A stretch of DNA of 64,000 nt from the NCBI GenBank assembly GCA_965215565.1, contig CBDCDZ010000004.1:1600001-1664000 (forward strand), read 5' to 3'. This document shows, one piece after another, positions 37,759 to 46,332 of this stretch. The DNA comes from Trueperaceae bacterium (GTDB lineage: Bacteria > Deinococcota > Deinococci > Deinococcales > Trueperaceae). The position numbers were made by a program, and so were the translations under genes. Numbering within the stretch: the first letter of the stretch is position 1; each line of letters begins with the position of its first letter. Under the pieces are notes generated by a model. The model had not been told where the DNA came from, searched no databases, and saw only the letters and a program-made list of their open reading frames with translations.

Positions 37759-39618
37759 TTACGGCGTAAGTTCAACCAGGGTCACGGTGTCGCCTACGTC
37801 TAGCTCGAGCCTGCCCCCTTTAAGTGACGCACTCTTCTTCACCATGTCGCCGTCATCTCCCAAAATGTAGAGTGCCGCCTCATCAATCGGCGTCCCCACC
37901 GTGAGTGTGACCTCTTGCCCCTTCACGCTGAGGTCGCGCCGTGCGCTCACCTCGTCGGGGGCGTTCGCGCGCGCCCCGGTGTCGTAACTGACGCGCGCTT
38001 GCCACAGCGCGAGGTAGAAGGTGCCGTCCTCCTTTTGTAGCAGCGTGGCGTGCACCTTGTCGGTTTCACCCGTCAAATCGTACGCCAGAGCGTCCGGCGT
38101 AAAGTCCGCGCCGGGGTCTTCGAGCAGGTCGATGAGGTTCTCCAAAGCCTTGTACGCGGGTTTTTCCGAGCCATCGTTGCGCAGTAAGCCGAAGTTCTTG
38201 TCGCGCTCGTCGCGCCCAGAATCGCTGTAGAGGTCGATGAACTCGTAGAGGTAGCTGCGCACGAAGCCCCGGTTGAAGTGCTCGAAGAAGAGCCTCGGGA
38301 TGTAGGTGGCAGCGGCTCTTTCCGACACGGGGCGGTGATCGGTTGCGCCCATGTTGACGGCGTTGTGGTAGCCCGTCTCGGTCATCACCATCGGCTTGCC
38401 GCCGCTCGGCTCGCGGTAGCGGGGCAGGTAGCTGTCCAAGCCGTTGCCGTAGGGGTCGGTGCACGACGGGCAGTTGCCGCCGCTGTAGGGGTGCCAGTTG
38501 CCGTAGTCGAGGTAGTCGCTCAAGTCGCCCACCTCGTCCGTTTTCCACACGACGGACGGACCGAGCACCTTGACGCGCGACAAGTCGCCGTCGCCCTTCA
38601 CAGCTTTATAGAGCTTTTTTTGCACGTCTCTCGTCACCTTCGCCCAGTCGCCGCCGCGCAAGTCGGGCTCGTTGAGCCCCTCGAAGGAGACCACCGCGCC
38701 GTCACACCATTCGTACACATCGTCCAATTTGGAGAAGTCGGTCGCTTTGATGTAGCTCGAGCCCGTGTTGACCAATAGGTTGAAGCGGATACCTTCCGAG
38801 GCTAGGGCGCGGCACTTCTTGTAGTAGGGGTGGTTGCGGCTGTGCCCTTTCGAGGTGTACGCGCCGTCTCTCAGGTGGCGCACGCCGAGCTTAACGAGCT
38901 TGGGCTCGATGAGGCTCTCAAAATTTCGGTAGACCGTGTCGGTAAATTGAAGGTGGGTGTTCACGCCGATGCTGTCCACGAAGTCGTCGGCGCGTTTCGC
39001 CTTGACGCTCGAGCTGACTTTAGGCAGTGCACTCGGTCCTTCTTTGCGGCGCGCGTCCGCTGCCCCGCTCGGCTTCTCGTCCGCGTCCCGCGTCAGGAAG
39101 AGACCGTCGAGAGAAAAGCCGTCCTCGCGCATCCACACGTTCAAGGTGTGCTCGCCCCCAGGCACGCTGAGTTTGACCCGCTCCTCTTTCATAGTGAGGT
39201 TGGACCAGCCCATCGCCTCTCCAAAGCCGCCGATATGCTCGACTTTCGGTGTGCCGTTCAAACCAAGGTGTAAGGAGTTGCTCGAGAGCGCCTTCCCCTC
39301 CGCCGCCCTGCCGCGCACCCACACGTAATAGGTCCCGGCGGGCACGTCGAGCGTGTGGTCCAAGCGTGGGCTCGAGTCCGCGTAGTCCGTTCTGTAGTTT
39401 TTCCCTACGTCGGGGAGCGCCCGGAGGACCTTGCCGTCCACAGCGTCTTCATCAGCCCGCAACCGCCAGGTGTGCGACGCGCCTGGGCGCATGTCGAAGG
39501 CTTCCGCCTCGAGCCTGAGCGAGCCCGCCTGCGCCGCCAATTCTCTCTCCGGTGTGTCTGTCAGGCTGCACCCGCCCAACGTGACGAGCAAGACCAGTCC
39601 TAAGCCGTATCGCTTCAT
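37759..39618 (-). CDS. Lipoprotein glycoside hydrolase (clan GH-A-like) with N-terminal carbohydrate-binding-like module
   Basis: LGGC lipobox; LEAEAF...GTYYVWVRG...MREDGFSLD module; FVDSIGVNTH, FEGLNEPD (acid/base), NWHPY, MTETGY (nucleophile). Start moved to ATG 39618. Confidence 0.75.
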   Translation of the reverse strand: MKRYGLGLVLLVTLGGCSLTDTPERELAAQAGSLRLEAEAFDMRPGASHTWRLRADEDAVDGKVLRALPDVGKNYRTDYADSSPRLDHTLDVPAGTYYVWVRGRAAEGKALSSNSLHLGLNGTPKVEHIGGFGEAMGWSNLTMKEERVKLSVPGGEHTLNVWMREDGFSLDGLFLTRDADEKPSGAADARRKEGPSALPKVSSSVKAKRADDFVDSIGVNTHLQFTDTVYRNFESLIEPKLVKLGVRHLRDGAYTSKGHSRNHPYYKKCRALASEGIRFNLLVNTGSSYIKATDFSKLDDVYEWCDGAVVSFEGLNEPDLRGGDWAKVTRDVQKKLYKAVKGDGDLSRVKVLGPSVVWKTDEVGDLSDYLDYGNWHPYSGGNCPSCTDPYGNGLDSYLPRYREPSGGKPMVMTETGYHNAVNMGATDHRPVSERAAATYIPRLFFEHFNRGFVRSYLYEFIDLYSDSGRDERDKNFGLLRNDGSEKPAYKALENLIDLLEDPGADFTPDALAYDLTGETDKVHATLLQKEDGTFYLALWQARVSYDTGARANAPDEVSARRDLSVKGQEVTLTVGTPIDEAALYILGDDGDMVKKSASLKGGRLELDVGDTVTLVELTP

Positions 39619-39834
39619 CCATACCTCCCAAGTATGTTGACCAAGTATGTCGTTGCCCAATGTAATGCGCGTCGATGTAAGGAACAGGCTGCCCTCTGTA
39701 ACCTCGACTACGTTACCGAGCTTCGGTGAAAGAAAGATGAAGGTTGTTAAGCCAAAATGAGACTGTTTCACATCGTTTTGGAGTAGAAAACAGCGGAAAC
39801 GGCGTGAGGCAAGCGTGAGATAGAGGTTGGGCAG

Positions 39835-42171
39835 CTACTCCAAAAACCCAGCAATCTCCCTCGGGTCCACGTCGATCCTGAGCCGCGCGCTCCCCCGGTA
39901 GTTTAGGGCGGGCTGCAGGCGTTCGCGCAGCGCTTGGTTGGATGAGGTGCGCACGAAGAGTTGATAGCTGTATTGGTTCTTGACGCGGGCGACGGGTGCG
40001 GGCGTCGGACCTAAGAGTTCCTCTTCGGCAGCGCCAGCGGTGCGCACCGCGCCTGCGAGCCACGTCGCGGCGCGCTCGGCTTCGCTTCTTTGCTTCGCGC
40101 TCAGTTGCACCTTTGCCAAGGTGCGGTAAGGCGGATAGCCGAAGCGCTTGCGGCGCTCCAAGAGGGCGTCTAAAAAGCTTTCGGTGCGCCCCTCCGCGTA
40201 GGCGCGCACGGCGGCGTGCTCGGGTTGGAAGGTCTGCACGAGCGTCAGCGGGCGCTTGCCCGGCGCGAGTTCCGCCAGGTTGAGGAGCAGGCGGTACGCG
40301 CCCTCTTCGGCGCGGAAGTCGCTGAGGTTGAGGAGCGTGTCGAGGAGGGTCACGGCGATGAGCGAGAGGTTGGGCAGGGGTGCTCTACGCAAGATAGCAG
40401 ACGTCGTCACGAGCACGCCCGGCTGCCCGTCATAAAGCCCAGAGAGGTCTTCGCGCTTGTCGCTGTCGAAGCGCAACACGGGGACGTTCGGGAGCAGCTT
40501 CTGCACCGCCGAGACCACCCACTGCGTGCCCGCCGCGCGCGTCGGGCTCATATCTGGCCCCTCGCACGAGGGGCAGAGCGCGGGCGCTTTCTCGGCGTGA
40601 CCGCACTGGTGGCAGCGCAAGACGTAGCGTTCGCGGTGGTAGCGCAGCGGCAAGTCGCAGTTCGGGCAGCCCGCCACGTAGTCGCACTCGGCGCAGCGCA
40701 GCGCAGCCGAGAAACCCCTGCGCGGCGCGAGCAGGACCGCTTGGCGCTCCCGCGCTTCGATTTGCTTCAAGACTTTGATGAGGTCCGTGCTGAGGGGCCA
40801 GGAGTGCCCTTGCGTGAGGTCGACGGTGTGGACTCTGGCGGGCGGCGTGGGCAAGGTCACTACCTCTCCCCTAGCCTCTTCTCCCCTAGCCACTTCGTGC
40901 CTCATTCGTTCTTCACGCGCGCCGTTCTCGGGCCCATCTTGCTGCTGGACACGCCCACTTCGGCTCAGATAGCGGTGCGCCTCGGGCGTGGCGAGCGCGT
41001 CCGCTAAGACGAGCGTAGCGCCCGCCGCCTCAGCGAGCAGCCGCGCGGCGGTGGGCACGAAGACGCGGCAGCCCTGGGCGAGTTTATAAGAACTCGAGCC
41101 TTCCTCTAAGACGACTACCCGTCCGAGCGGCTCGAGGGGGGCGAGCAGCGCCAGGTAGCTCCCAACGAGGACGACGCTCTCACCCGCGCGAAGCTCGGAC
41201 CACAGGCGGCTGCGCTGCGCGTCGGATAGCTCGCCAGAGAGGGCCTGGACGGGCACATGTGCGCCTAAAAGGGCGGCGGTCTCCTCCAGAAACGCCCCCT
41301 CAGGTACGAGCACCAGGGCGCTTTCGCCGCGCCGGATGTTCTCACGTAAGAGCGGCAGGAGCGCCCGCACGCGCTCACGGCGCAGCCCCCCCGACAGGCT
41401 GAAGTGACCCTCGGGCAGCGCCACTTCACTCGCCTCTTCGAGCGTCGTTTCGTCGGCGACGTAGCTCGGCAGCGCGGGCGGCGGCGCGTCTACGAGCGCG
41501 TAGGCGGCGTAGCCCTTTTTCACGAGCGCGCGCACCGCGCTCTCAGGCACCTCCGCGTCGCGGCTCAGCGCGGCGGCGCTCTCGGCGTGCTCGGCGCGCC
41601 ACAGCGCCTCTAGCGCGCGCCGCTGATTCGCCTGCGGCTTGCCGCGCAAGGCGTCGTCGGCGCGGCGGCGCGGCTCTAAGACCTGCACCTGTTTCGCTTG
41701 GGGGCGCACGCGCTCCGCTAGGAGCCCCTGCCGCCGCAAGAGGTCCAACTCGCGCGGCGGCACCCTGGCGGCGTCCGTCCAGCGCTCGCTCGGCACCGCG
41801 TCCACCTGGGCCAGCGCGCGCACCTCATGCAGCAGCGGCTCGCCCAGACCCGTCGGCAAGAGGTTGGCGAGCACCGTGCCCGCTGGCGAACAGGTGTGCT
41901 GCGCGACGTGCCCGATGAGGGCGAGCCCGGCGGGGGACAAAAAGGGCTCCGCGCCGAGTGTGGCGATGACCTCGCGCAGCTCTAAAGCCACCGCCCCGCG
42001 CAGGGGCTCCGTGCCTACCACCAGCCCGATTCTCACTCCGCTCTGCCACGGCACGACCACGCGGCAGCCCGGCTGCGGCACCCTTTCGCCGTGCGGCGGC
42101 AGGAAATTGAAGGGCGGCAGCGGCAGGGGTAAGAGGACGCGCAAAGAGAGGGGAGGTGGAGCGCCAAGCAC
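39835..42171 (-). CDS. priA: Primosomal protein N' (PriA), helicase motifs degenerate
   Basis: GCRVVVPW 3'-binding region, LVLVPE, RRGFS, Cys-rich CAEC..CPNC..CHQC..CPSC, DFRAEE, VQTFQPEH, IDVDP. Confidence 0.92.
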   Translation of the reverse strand: MLGAPPPLSLRVLLPLPLPPFNFLPPHGERVPQPGCRVVVPWQSGVRIGLVVGTEPLRGAVALELREVIATLGAEPFLSPAGLALIGHVAQHTCSPAGTVLANLLPTGLGEPLLHEVRALAQVDAVPSERWTDAARVPPRELDLLRRQGLLAERVRPQAKQVQVLEPRRRADDALRGKPQANQRRALEALWRAEHAESAAALSRDAEVPESAVRALVKKGYAAYALVDAPPPALPSYVADETTLEEASEVALPEGHFSLSGGLRRERVRALLPLLRENIRRGESALVLVPEGAFLEETAALLGAHVPVQALSGELSDAQRSRLWSELRAGESVVLVGSYLALLAPLEPLGRVVVLEEGSSSYKLAQGCRVFVPTAARLLAEAAGATLVLADALATPEAHRYLSRSGRVQQQDGPENGAREERMRHEVARGEEARGEVVTLPTPPARVHTVDLTQGHSWPLSTDLIKVLKQIEARERQAVLLAPRRGFSAALRCAECDYVAGCPNCDLPLRYHRERYVLRCHQCGHAEKAPALCPSCEGPDMSPTRAAGTQWVVSAVQKLLPNVPVLRFDSDKREDLSGLYDGQPGVLVTTSAILRRAPLPNLSLIAVTLLDTLLNLSDFRAEEGAYRLLLNLAELAPGKRPLTLVQTFQPEHAAVRAYAEGRTESFLDALLERRKRFGYPPYRTLAKVQLSAKQRSEAERAATWLAGAVRTAGAAEEELLGPTPAPVARVKNQYSYQLFVRTSSNQALRERLQPALNYRGSARLRIDVDPREIAGFLE

Positions 42172-42283
42172 AGGTCATCATACCGCTATACACGCGCGCG
42201 TCCGCAGAGGTGCTCACGCTGACCTTTCGTTCCGGGACGAGAGAAGCGCGCGGCGCATCAGCCAATAGAGCAATTGGTTGAGA

Positions 42284-42397
42284 GTAGTGGCTTTATCTGG
42301 AATGACGCTGATGTCAAAGCAAGGGGCTTCAACCCCTTGTTCACCACGTGGAGAGAGTAGGGGGAGCGCGTAGTAGCATTCGGCTCAGAACCACTAC
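42284..42397. repeat. Dispersed repeat family B, copy 3
   Basis: Terminal inverted repeat GTAGTGG...CCACTAC; central CAAGGGG-cttcaa-CCCCTTG hairpin. Confidence 0.8.
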
Positions 42398-42413
42398 CTG
42401 ACTCGAGACGGCC

Positions 42414-42442
42414 ATGACATCTGTCACCTCTCACGCCTGACA
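42414..42442 (+). promoter_or_regulatory. Putative DesR-type response-regulator binding site
   Basis: ATGACA-tc-TGTCAc inverted repeat plus a downstream TGACA half-site (42438-42442), upstream of the ABC exporter linked to the DesK/DesR-like genes. Confidence 0.6.
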
Positions 42443-42485
42443 CTTTCGACTGACGCGCTTCGCCGCACCTCTTCATAGTGGATGT

Positions 42486-43493
42486 ATGGAGGTCACCATG
42501 AACATAGGACGCATGGACATAGGACAGACAGACGTGGGAAAAACAGACACAGGACAGACGGCAAAACGTTCGGCACCTATCACTCAAACCGCAACGAACG
42601 GTGTCGTCGCGTCGCTTGCGCGCGTCAGCAAGCGCTACGGCAAAGTGCAGGCGCTTAAAGAGGTCAGCTTGGAGGTTCGCGCTGGGGAGATCGTCGCGGT
42701 GCTAGGACCGAACGGCGCGGGCAAAACCACCGCCGTGAGCCTCATGCTCGGGCTGCTCGCGCCGACGCGGGGGACGGTGCGGCTCTTCGGTGGTGACCCG
42801 CGCGCCGCCTCCAGCCGGACGCGCGTGGGCGCGATGTTGCAGATTTCGGGCGTGCCGGAAACCTTGAGGGTGCGCGAGCATCTCGAGCTGTTCAGCAGCT
42901 ACTACCCCCAGCCGTTAGCTCTAGAAGAGGTCGTCCGCGTCGCAGGTTTGACCGGCTTAGAGAGGCGCGCTTACGGCGCGCTTTCGGGCGGTCAAAAGCG
43001 GCGCTTACATTTCGCCCTGGCACTCTGCGGCGATCCTGACCTGCTCTTTTTGGACGAGCCTACCGCAGGGCTAGACGCCGCCGCGCGCCGCGCCTTCTGG
43101 AAGCAGATACGCGACTTTGTAGGGCGCGGCAAGACTGCGGTCTTGACGACACACTACCTGGAGGAAGCCGACGCTTTAGCGGACCGCATCGTCGTGATCA
43201 GCGGGGGCGAACTTATCGCGGCAGGGACGCCCGCCGCGATCAAGGCTGGGACGGCGGGGCGGCGCGTCCGCTGCGTGACGCGGCTTCGCCGAGATGAGGT
43301 GGCGGGCTTGCCAGGCGTGAGCGCCGCGGCACATGACGGCGCGGCGCTCACGCTGCTCGTGGCGGAGGCGGAGCCCGTCGTTCGGGAACTCCTGCGGCGC
43401 GACCCGGACCTGCGAGGCTTGGAAGTTTCTGACGCGAGCCTAGAAGAAGCCTTTTTCGCCCTTACCGAAACGAGAGAGAAGGTGTCCGCGTGA
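42486..43493 (+). CDS. ABC exporter ATP-binding protein (YvfR-like)
   Basis: GPNGAGKTT, LSGGQ, LFLDEPTAGLD, TTHYLEEA. An alternative start at ATG 42498 follows GGAGG. Confidence 0.93.
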   Translation: MEVTMNIGRMDIGQTDVGKTDTGQTAKRSAPITQTATNGVVASLARVSKRYGKVQALKEVSLEVRAGEIVAVLGPNGAGKTTAVSLMLGLLAPTRGTVRLFGGDPRAASSRTRVGAMLQISGVPETLRVREHLELFSSYYPQPLALEEVVRVAGLTGLERRAYGALSGGQKRRLHFALALCGDPDLLFLDEPTAGLDAAARRAFWKQIRDFVGRGKTAVLTTHYLEEADALADRIVVISGGELIAAGTPAAIKAGTAGRRVRCVTRLRRDEVAGLPGVSAAAHDGAALTLLVAEAEPVVRELLRRDPDLRGLEVSDASLEEAFFALTETREKVSA

Positions 43494-44296
43494 GCGTACG
43501 CAGCGCACGTCCTACCGATTCGCCCGCAACCGAAGCGCGCAACCTGCGGCGGGTTTACCTCTTAGAAGCTAAATACGAATTCTTGAAGCTCTGGCGGATG
43601 CCCGCCTACGCCGTTCCCACGCTCGCTTTCCCGCTCATGTTTTACGTCATCTTCGGTCTCACCTTCGGGGACCAGTCGGCGGGACCCGTCAGCGTGAGCA
43701 CCTACATGCTCGCGACTTACGGTGCGTTCGGCGTTATCGGCGTGGCGCTCTTCGGGTTCGGGGTGGGCGTGTCGACGGAGCGCGGGCAGGGTTGGATGCG
43801 CCTAAAGCGCGCCTCACCGATGCCCTTAGCGGCGCACTTCAGCGCAAAAATCGTCATGGCGCTACTTTTCGGGCTCATCGTCGTGTTGGGGCTATTCGTG
43901 CTCGGCTTTTTCGTCGGCGAGGTGCGCCTGCCGCTCACCACTTGGCTCTCGCTACTCGGCGTGCTCCTCATCGGCGTGTTGCCCTTTTGCGCGTTGGGGT
44001 TAGCCATCGGCTACCTGGTTGGACCGAACGCCGCACCCGCTGTGGTCAACCTCATCTATTTGCCAATGGTCTTCGCGTCGGGGCTGTGGATTCCCATCTA
44101 TCAGCTCCCCGGCTTTTTGCAAGCAGCCGCGCCCTATCTGCCGCCCTACCACTACGCGCAACTCGCGCTCGGCGTCATCGGGGTGGAGCGCGGCGAGGCG
44201 TGGGCGCACATTGCGGCGCTCGCCGGTTTTACCGCCGTCTTCTCCCTGCTCGCGGCGTGGGCGTACTGGCGAGACGAAGGGAAGACATATGGTTAG
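43490..44296 (+). CDS. ABC-2 type permease (YvfS-like)
   Basis: About six TMs; ERGQGW.RLKRASP, SGLWIP...LP; GTGA overlap with the ATPase gene. Confidence 0.9.
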   Translation: MSVRSARPTDSPATEARNLRRVYLLEAKYEFLKLWRMPAYAVPTLAFPLMFYVIFGLTFGDQSAGPVSVSTYMLATYGAFGVIGVALFGFGVGVSTERGQGWMRLKRASPMPLAAHFSAKIVMALLFGLIVVLGLFVLGFFVGEVRLPLTTWLSLLGVLLIGVLPFCALGLAIGYLVGPNAAPAVVNLIYLPMVFASGLWIPIYQLPGFLQAAAPYLPPYHYAQLALGVIGVERGEAWAHIAALAGFTAVFSLLAAWAYWRDEGKTYG

Positions 44297-44361
44297 AGAG
44301 GCGTGGCGGCTTACCGAGTCGGCGCGAACAGGTAGACCCAAACGGGTAGACTAGGATAACC

Positions 44362-45549
44362 GTGAACTATAGACCTAAAACCTGGCGGCTGCTGCCCGAG
44401 AACGAGGGGTGGGTGGCTTATGTCTGGCTTATCTATCTCCTCAACCTGCCGCTCGTGCTACTCTTTATGACGGACAGGACGTGGCTCGACTGGCTGTGGC
44501 TGGGCGTCGCGGTGGCGGCGTTTTTGCCCCTCTACTTCGCGAGCTTTTGGGTCAGCGGCGCGCGGCTGCTCGCGGTAGTCGCCCTGATCGTGACGCTCGC
44601 CTTCGCCTCTATTCCACTCAGTCCCGGCGCAAACGTCTTTTTCATCTACGCGGCGGGCGCGGTGGGCGGCTTCGCGCGGCTAGAGCGCGGGGCGTGGGTA
44701 CTCGCGGGCGTTTTCACCGCCACTCTCTTCCACGGGCTCTTCGCATTTTGGGGGTTGGGGTGGGACCTCACGAGCCTGCTCTACGCCTACGCGCCGCCCC
44801 TCGTCTTCGTGCCGGTGATCGGCGCAGTCAACCTCTTTTACGCGAGCCAGTCGCGGCACAACGCCGAGTTGCGCCTCGCACAAGAGGAAGTAGCGCGGCT
44901 CGCCAAGCTAGCCGAGCGCGAGCGCATCGCCCGCGACTTACACGACCTCTTGGGGCACACGCTCTCGGTCATCACCTTGAAGTCGGAGCTAGCAACGAAG
45001 CTCGCAAGTCGCGACGCGGACAAGGCGGCGGCGGAGATGCGCGACGTGGAGCGGATTTCCAGAGACGCTTTGGCGGAGGTGAGGCGCGCCGTCCAGGGCT
45101 ACCGGGCGCAGGGTTTCACGGCGACGCTCGTGAGCGCCAGGATGATGTTAGAGACGGCTGACATCGCCTTCGACTACGCGGCGGAACCCGTCACGTTCAC
45201 CCCCGAGCAGGAGAACGCCCTCGCCTTCGCCCTACGTGAAGCCGTGACGAACGTGGTGCGGCATTCGGGCGCGACGCGCTGCACGGTGCGCCTCGCCGCT
45301 AAGGGAAATGGCGTCAGCCTCGAGGTCCGAGACGACGGCTCGGGCATCGATTCGGACATCGACTCAGGCGGCGCTCGCCCCTTCGAAGGCTCTGGGCTGA
45401 GCGGGATGCGCGAGCGTTTAGCCGCGCTCGGGGGTGGGCTCGAACATATCGGCGAGGCGGGCACCTGTCTGCGCGTCTACCTGCCCCGAGTGGTCAGTAG
45501 TAGAACTGAGAATAGAGCCGAACGCCCTCCCGCGCCGGAGCTTGTATGA
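44362..45549 (+). CDS. DesK-like sensor histidine kinase (HisKA_3)
   Basis: N-terminal TMs; ERERIARDLHDLLGHTLS, REAVTNVVRHS, DDGSG, GSGLSGMRER. Confidence 0.93.
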   Translation: MNYRPKTWRLLPENEGWVAYVWLIYLLNLPLVLLFMTDRTWLDWLWLGVAVAAFLPLYFASFWVSGARLLAVVALIVTLAFASIPLSPGANVFFIYAAGAVGGFARLERGAWVLAGVFTATLFHGLFAFWGLGWDLTSLLYAYAPPLVFVPVIGAVNLFYASQSRHNAELRLAQEEVARLAKLAERERIARDLHDLLGHTLSVITLKSELATKLASRDADKAAAEMRDVERISRDALAEVRRAVQGYRAQGFTATLVSARMMLETADIAFDYAAEPVTFTPEQENALAFALREAVTNVVRHSGATRCTVRLAAKGNGVSLEVRDDGSGIDSDIDSGGARPFEGSGLSGMRERLAALGGGLEHIGEAGTCLRVYLPRVVSSRTENRAERPPAPELV

Positions 45550-46163
45550 TTCGCGTGCTCATCGCCGAGGACCAAGGGCTGGTGTTGGGGGCGCTCGCGG
45601 CACTTCTAGACCTCGAGCCCGACCTCTGCGTCGTCGCCCAGGCGAAGGACGGGCGCGACGCGCTCGCGCTCACCCTAGAACACGCGCCGGACGTGCTCTT
45701 AACCGACATCGAGATGCCGCACATGACGGGGCTCGAGCTAGCCCAAGCCCTCCAGCGTCACAAGCTCGGTACGCCGAGCCTCGCGACGCGCGTGATCATC
45801 GTGACGACGTTCGCCAGGGGCGGCTATCTGCGCCGCGCGCTCGAGGCGGGCGCGGCGGGCTATCTGCTCAAAGACGCGCCCGCCGCCACGCTTGCGGACG
45901 CGGTGCGGCGCGTCTTCGCGGGCGGACGCGCCATTGACCCTGACCTCGCCGCCGCCGCTTGGGGCGAAGCCGACCCCCTGACCGAGCGCGAGCGCCTCTG
46001 CTTGCGCCTAGCTGGGCAAGGGCACACGAGCGCCGACATCGCCCGCGAACTCGGGCTCTCGGACGGCACGGTCAGGAACTACCTCTCCGAAGCGATCCAC
46101 AAACTCGGCGCGCCCAACCGCGTCCAGGCGGCGCGGTTCGCGCGAGAGAAAGGTTGGCTCTAA
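45546..46163 (+). CDS. DesR-like NarL/LuxR response regulator
   Basis: IRVLIAEDQ, TDIEMP, TTFAR.GYL, LSDGTVRNYLSE, GWL end. Confidence 0.94.
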   Translation: MIRVLIAEDQGLVLGALAALLDLEPDLCVVAQAKDGRDALALTLEHAPDVLLTDIEMPHMTGLELAQALQRHKLGTPSLATRVIIVTTFARGGYLRRALEAGAAGYLLKDAPAATLADAVRRVFAGGRAIDPDLAAAAWGEADPLTERERLCLRLAGQGHTSADIARELGLSDGTVRNYLSEAIHKLGAPNRVQAARFAREKGWL

Positions 46164-46332
46164 GAACGGCCTGCGTTTACTTCACATTTGCGTCCGCGAG
46201 ACGAATACTTCACGCATGTACGGGTGTGTGCGTGACACCTTATAGTCATGGTTTGTCGCTTGTGGCGCAGGTTCTTAGCAACCCTGGAGAGTGAATTAGG
46301 CGGAACGAGGTTCGATCGAGAAGGGACGGCGG

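Noticed and set aside
42498..42560. Degenerate 15-nt tandem repeats at the ABC ATPase N-terminus (MNIGR MDIGQ TDVGK TDTGQ); similar micro-duplications in priA (~40864-40891), DUF5682 (~4525-4557) and at the monooxygenase 3' end (GCTAATGGT)
   Set aside because: Short in-frame slippage duplications in linker or terminal regions; no sign of phase variation.
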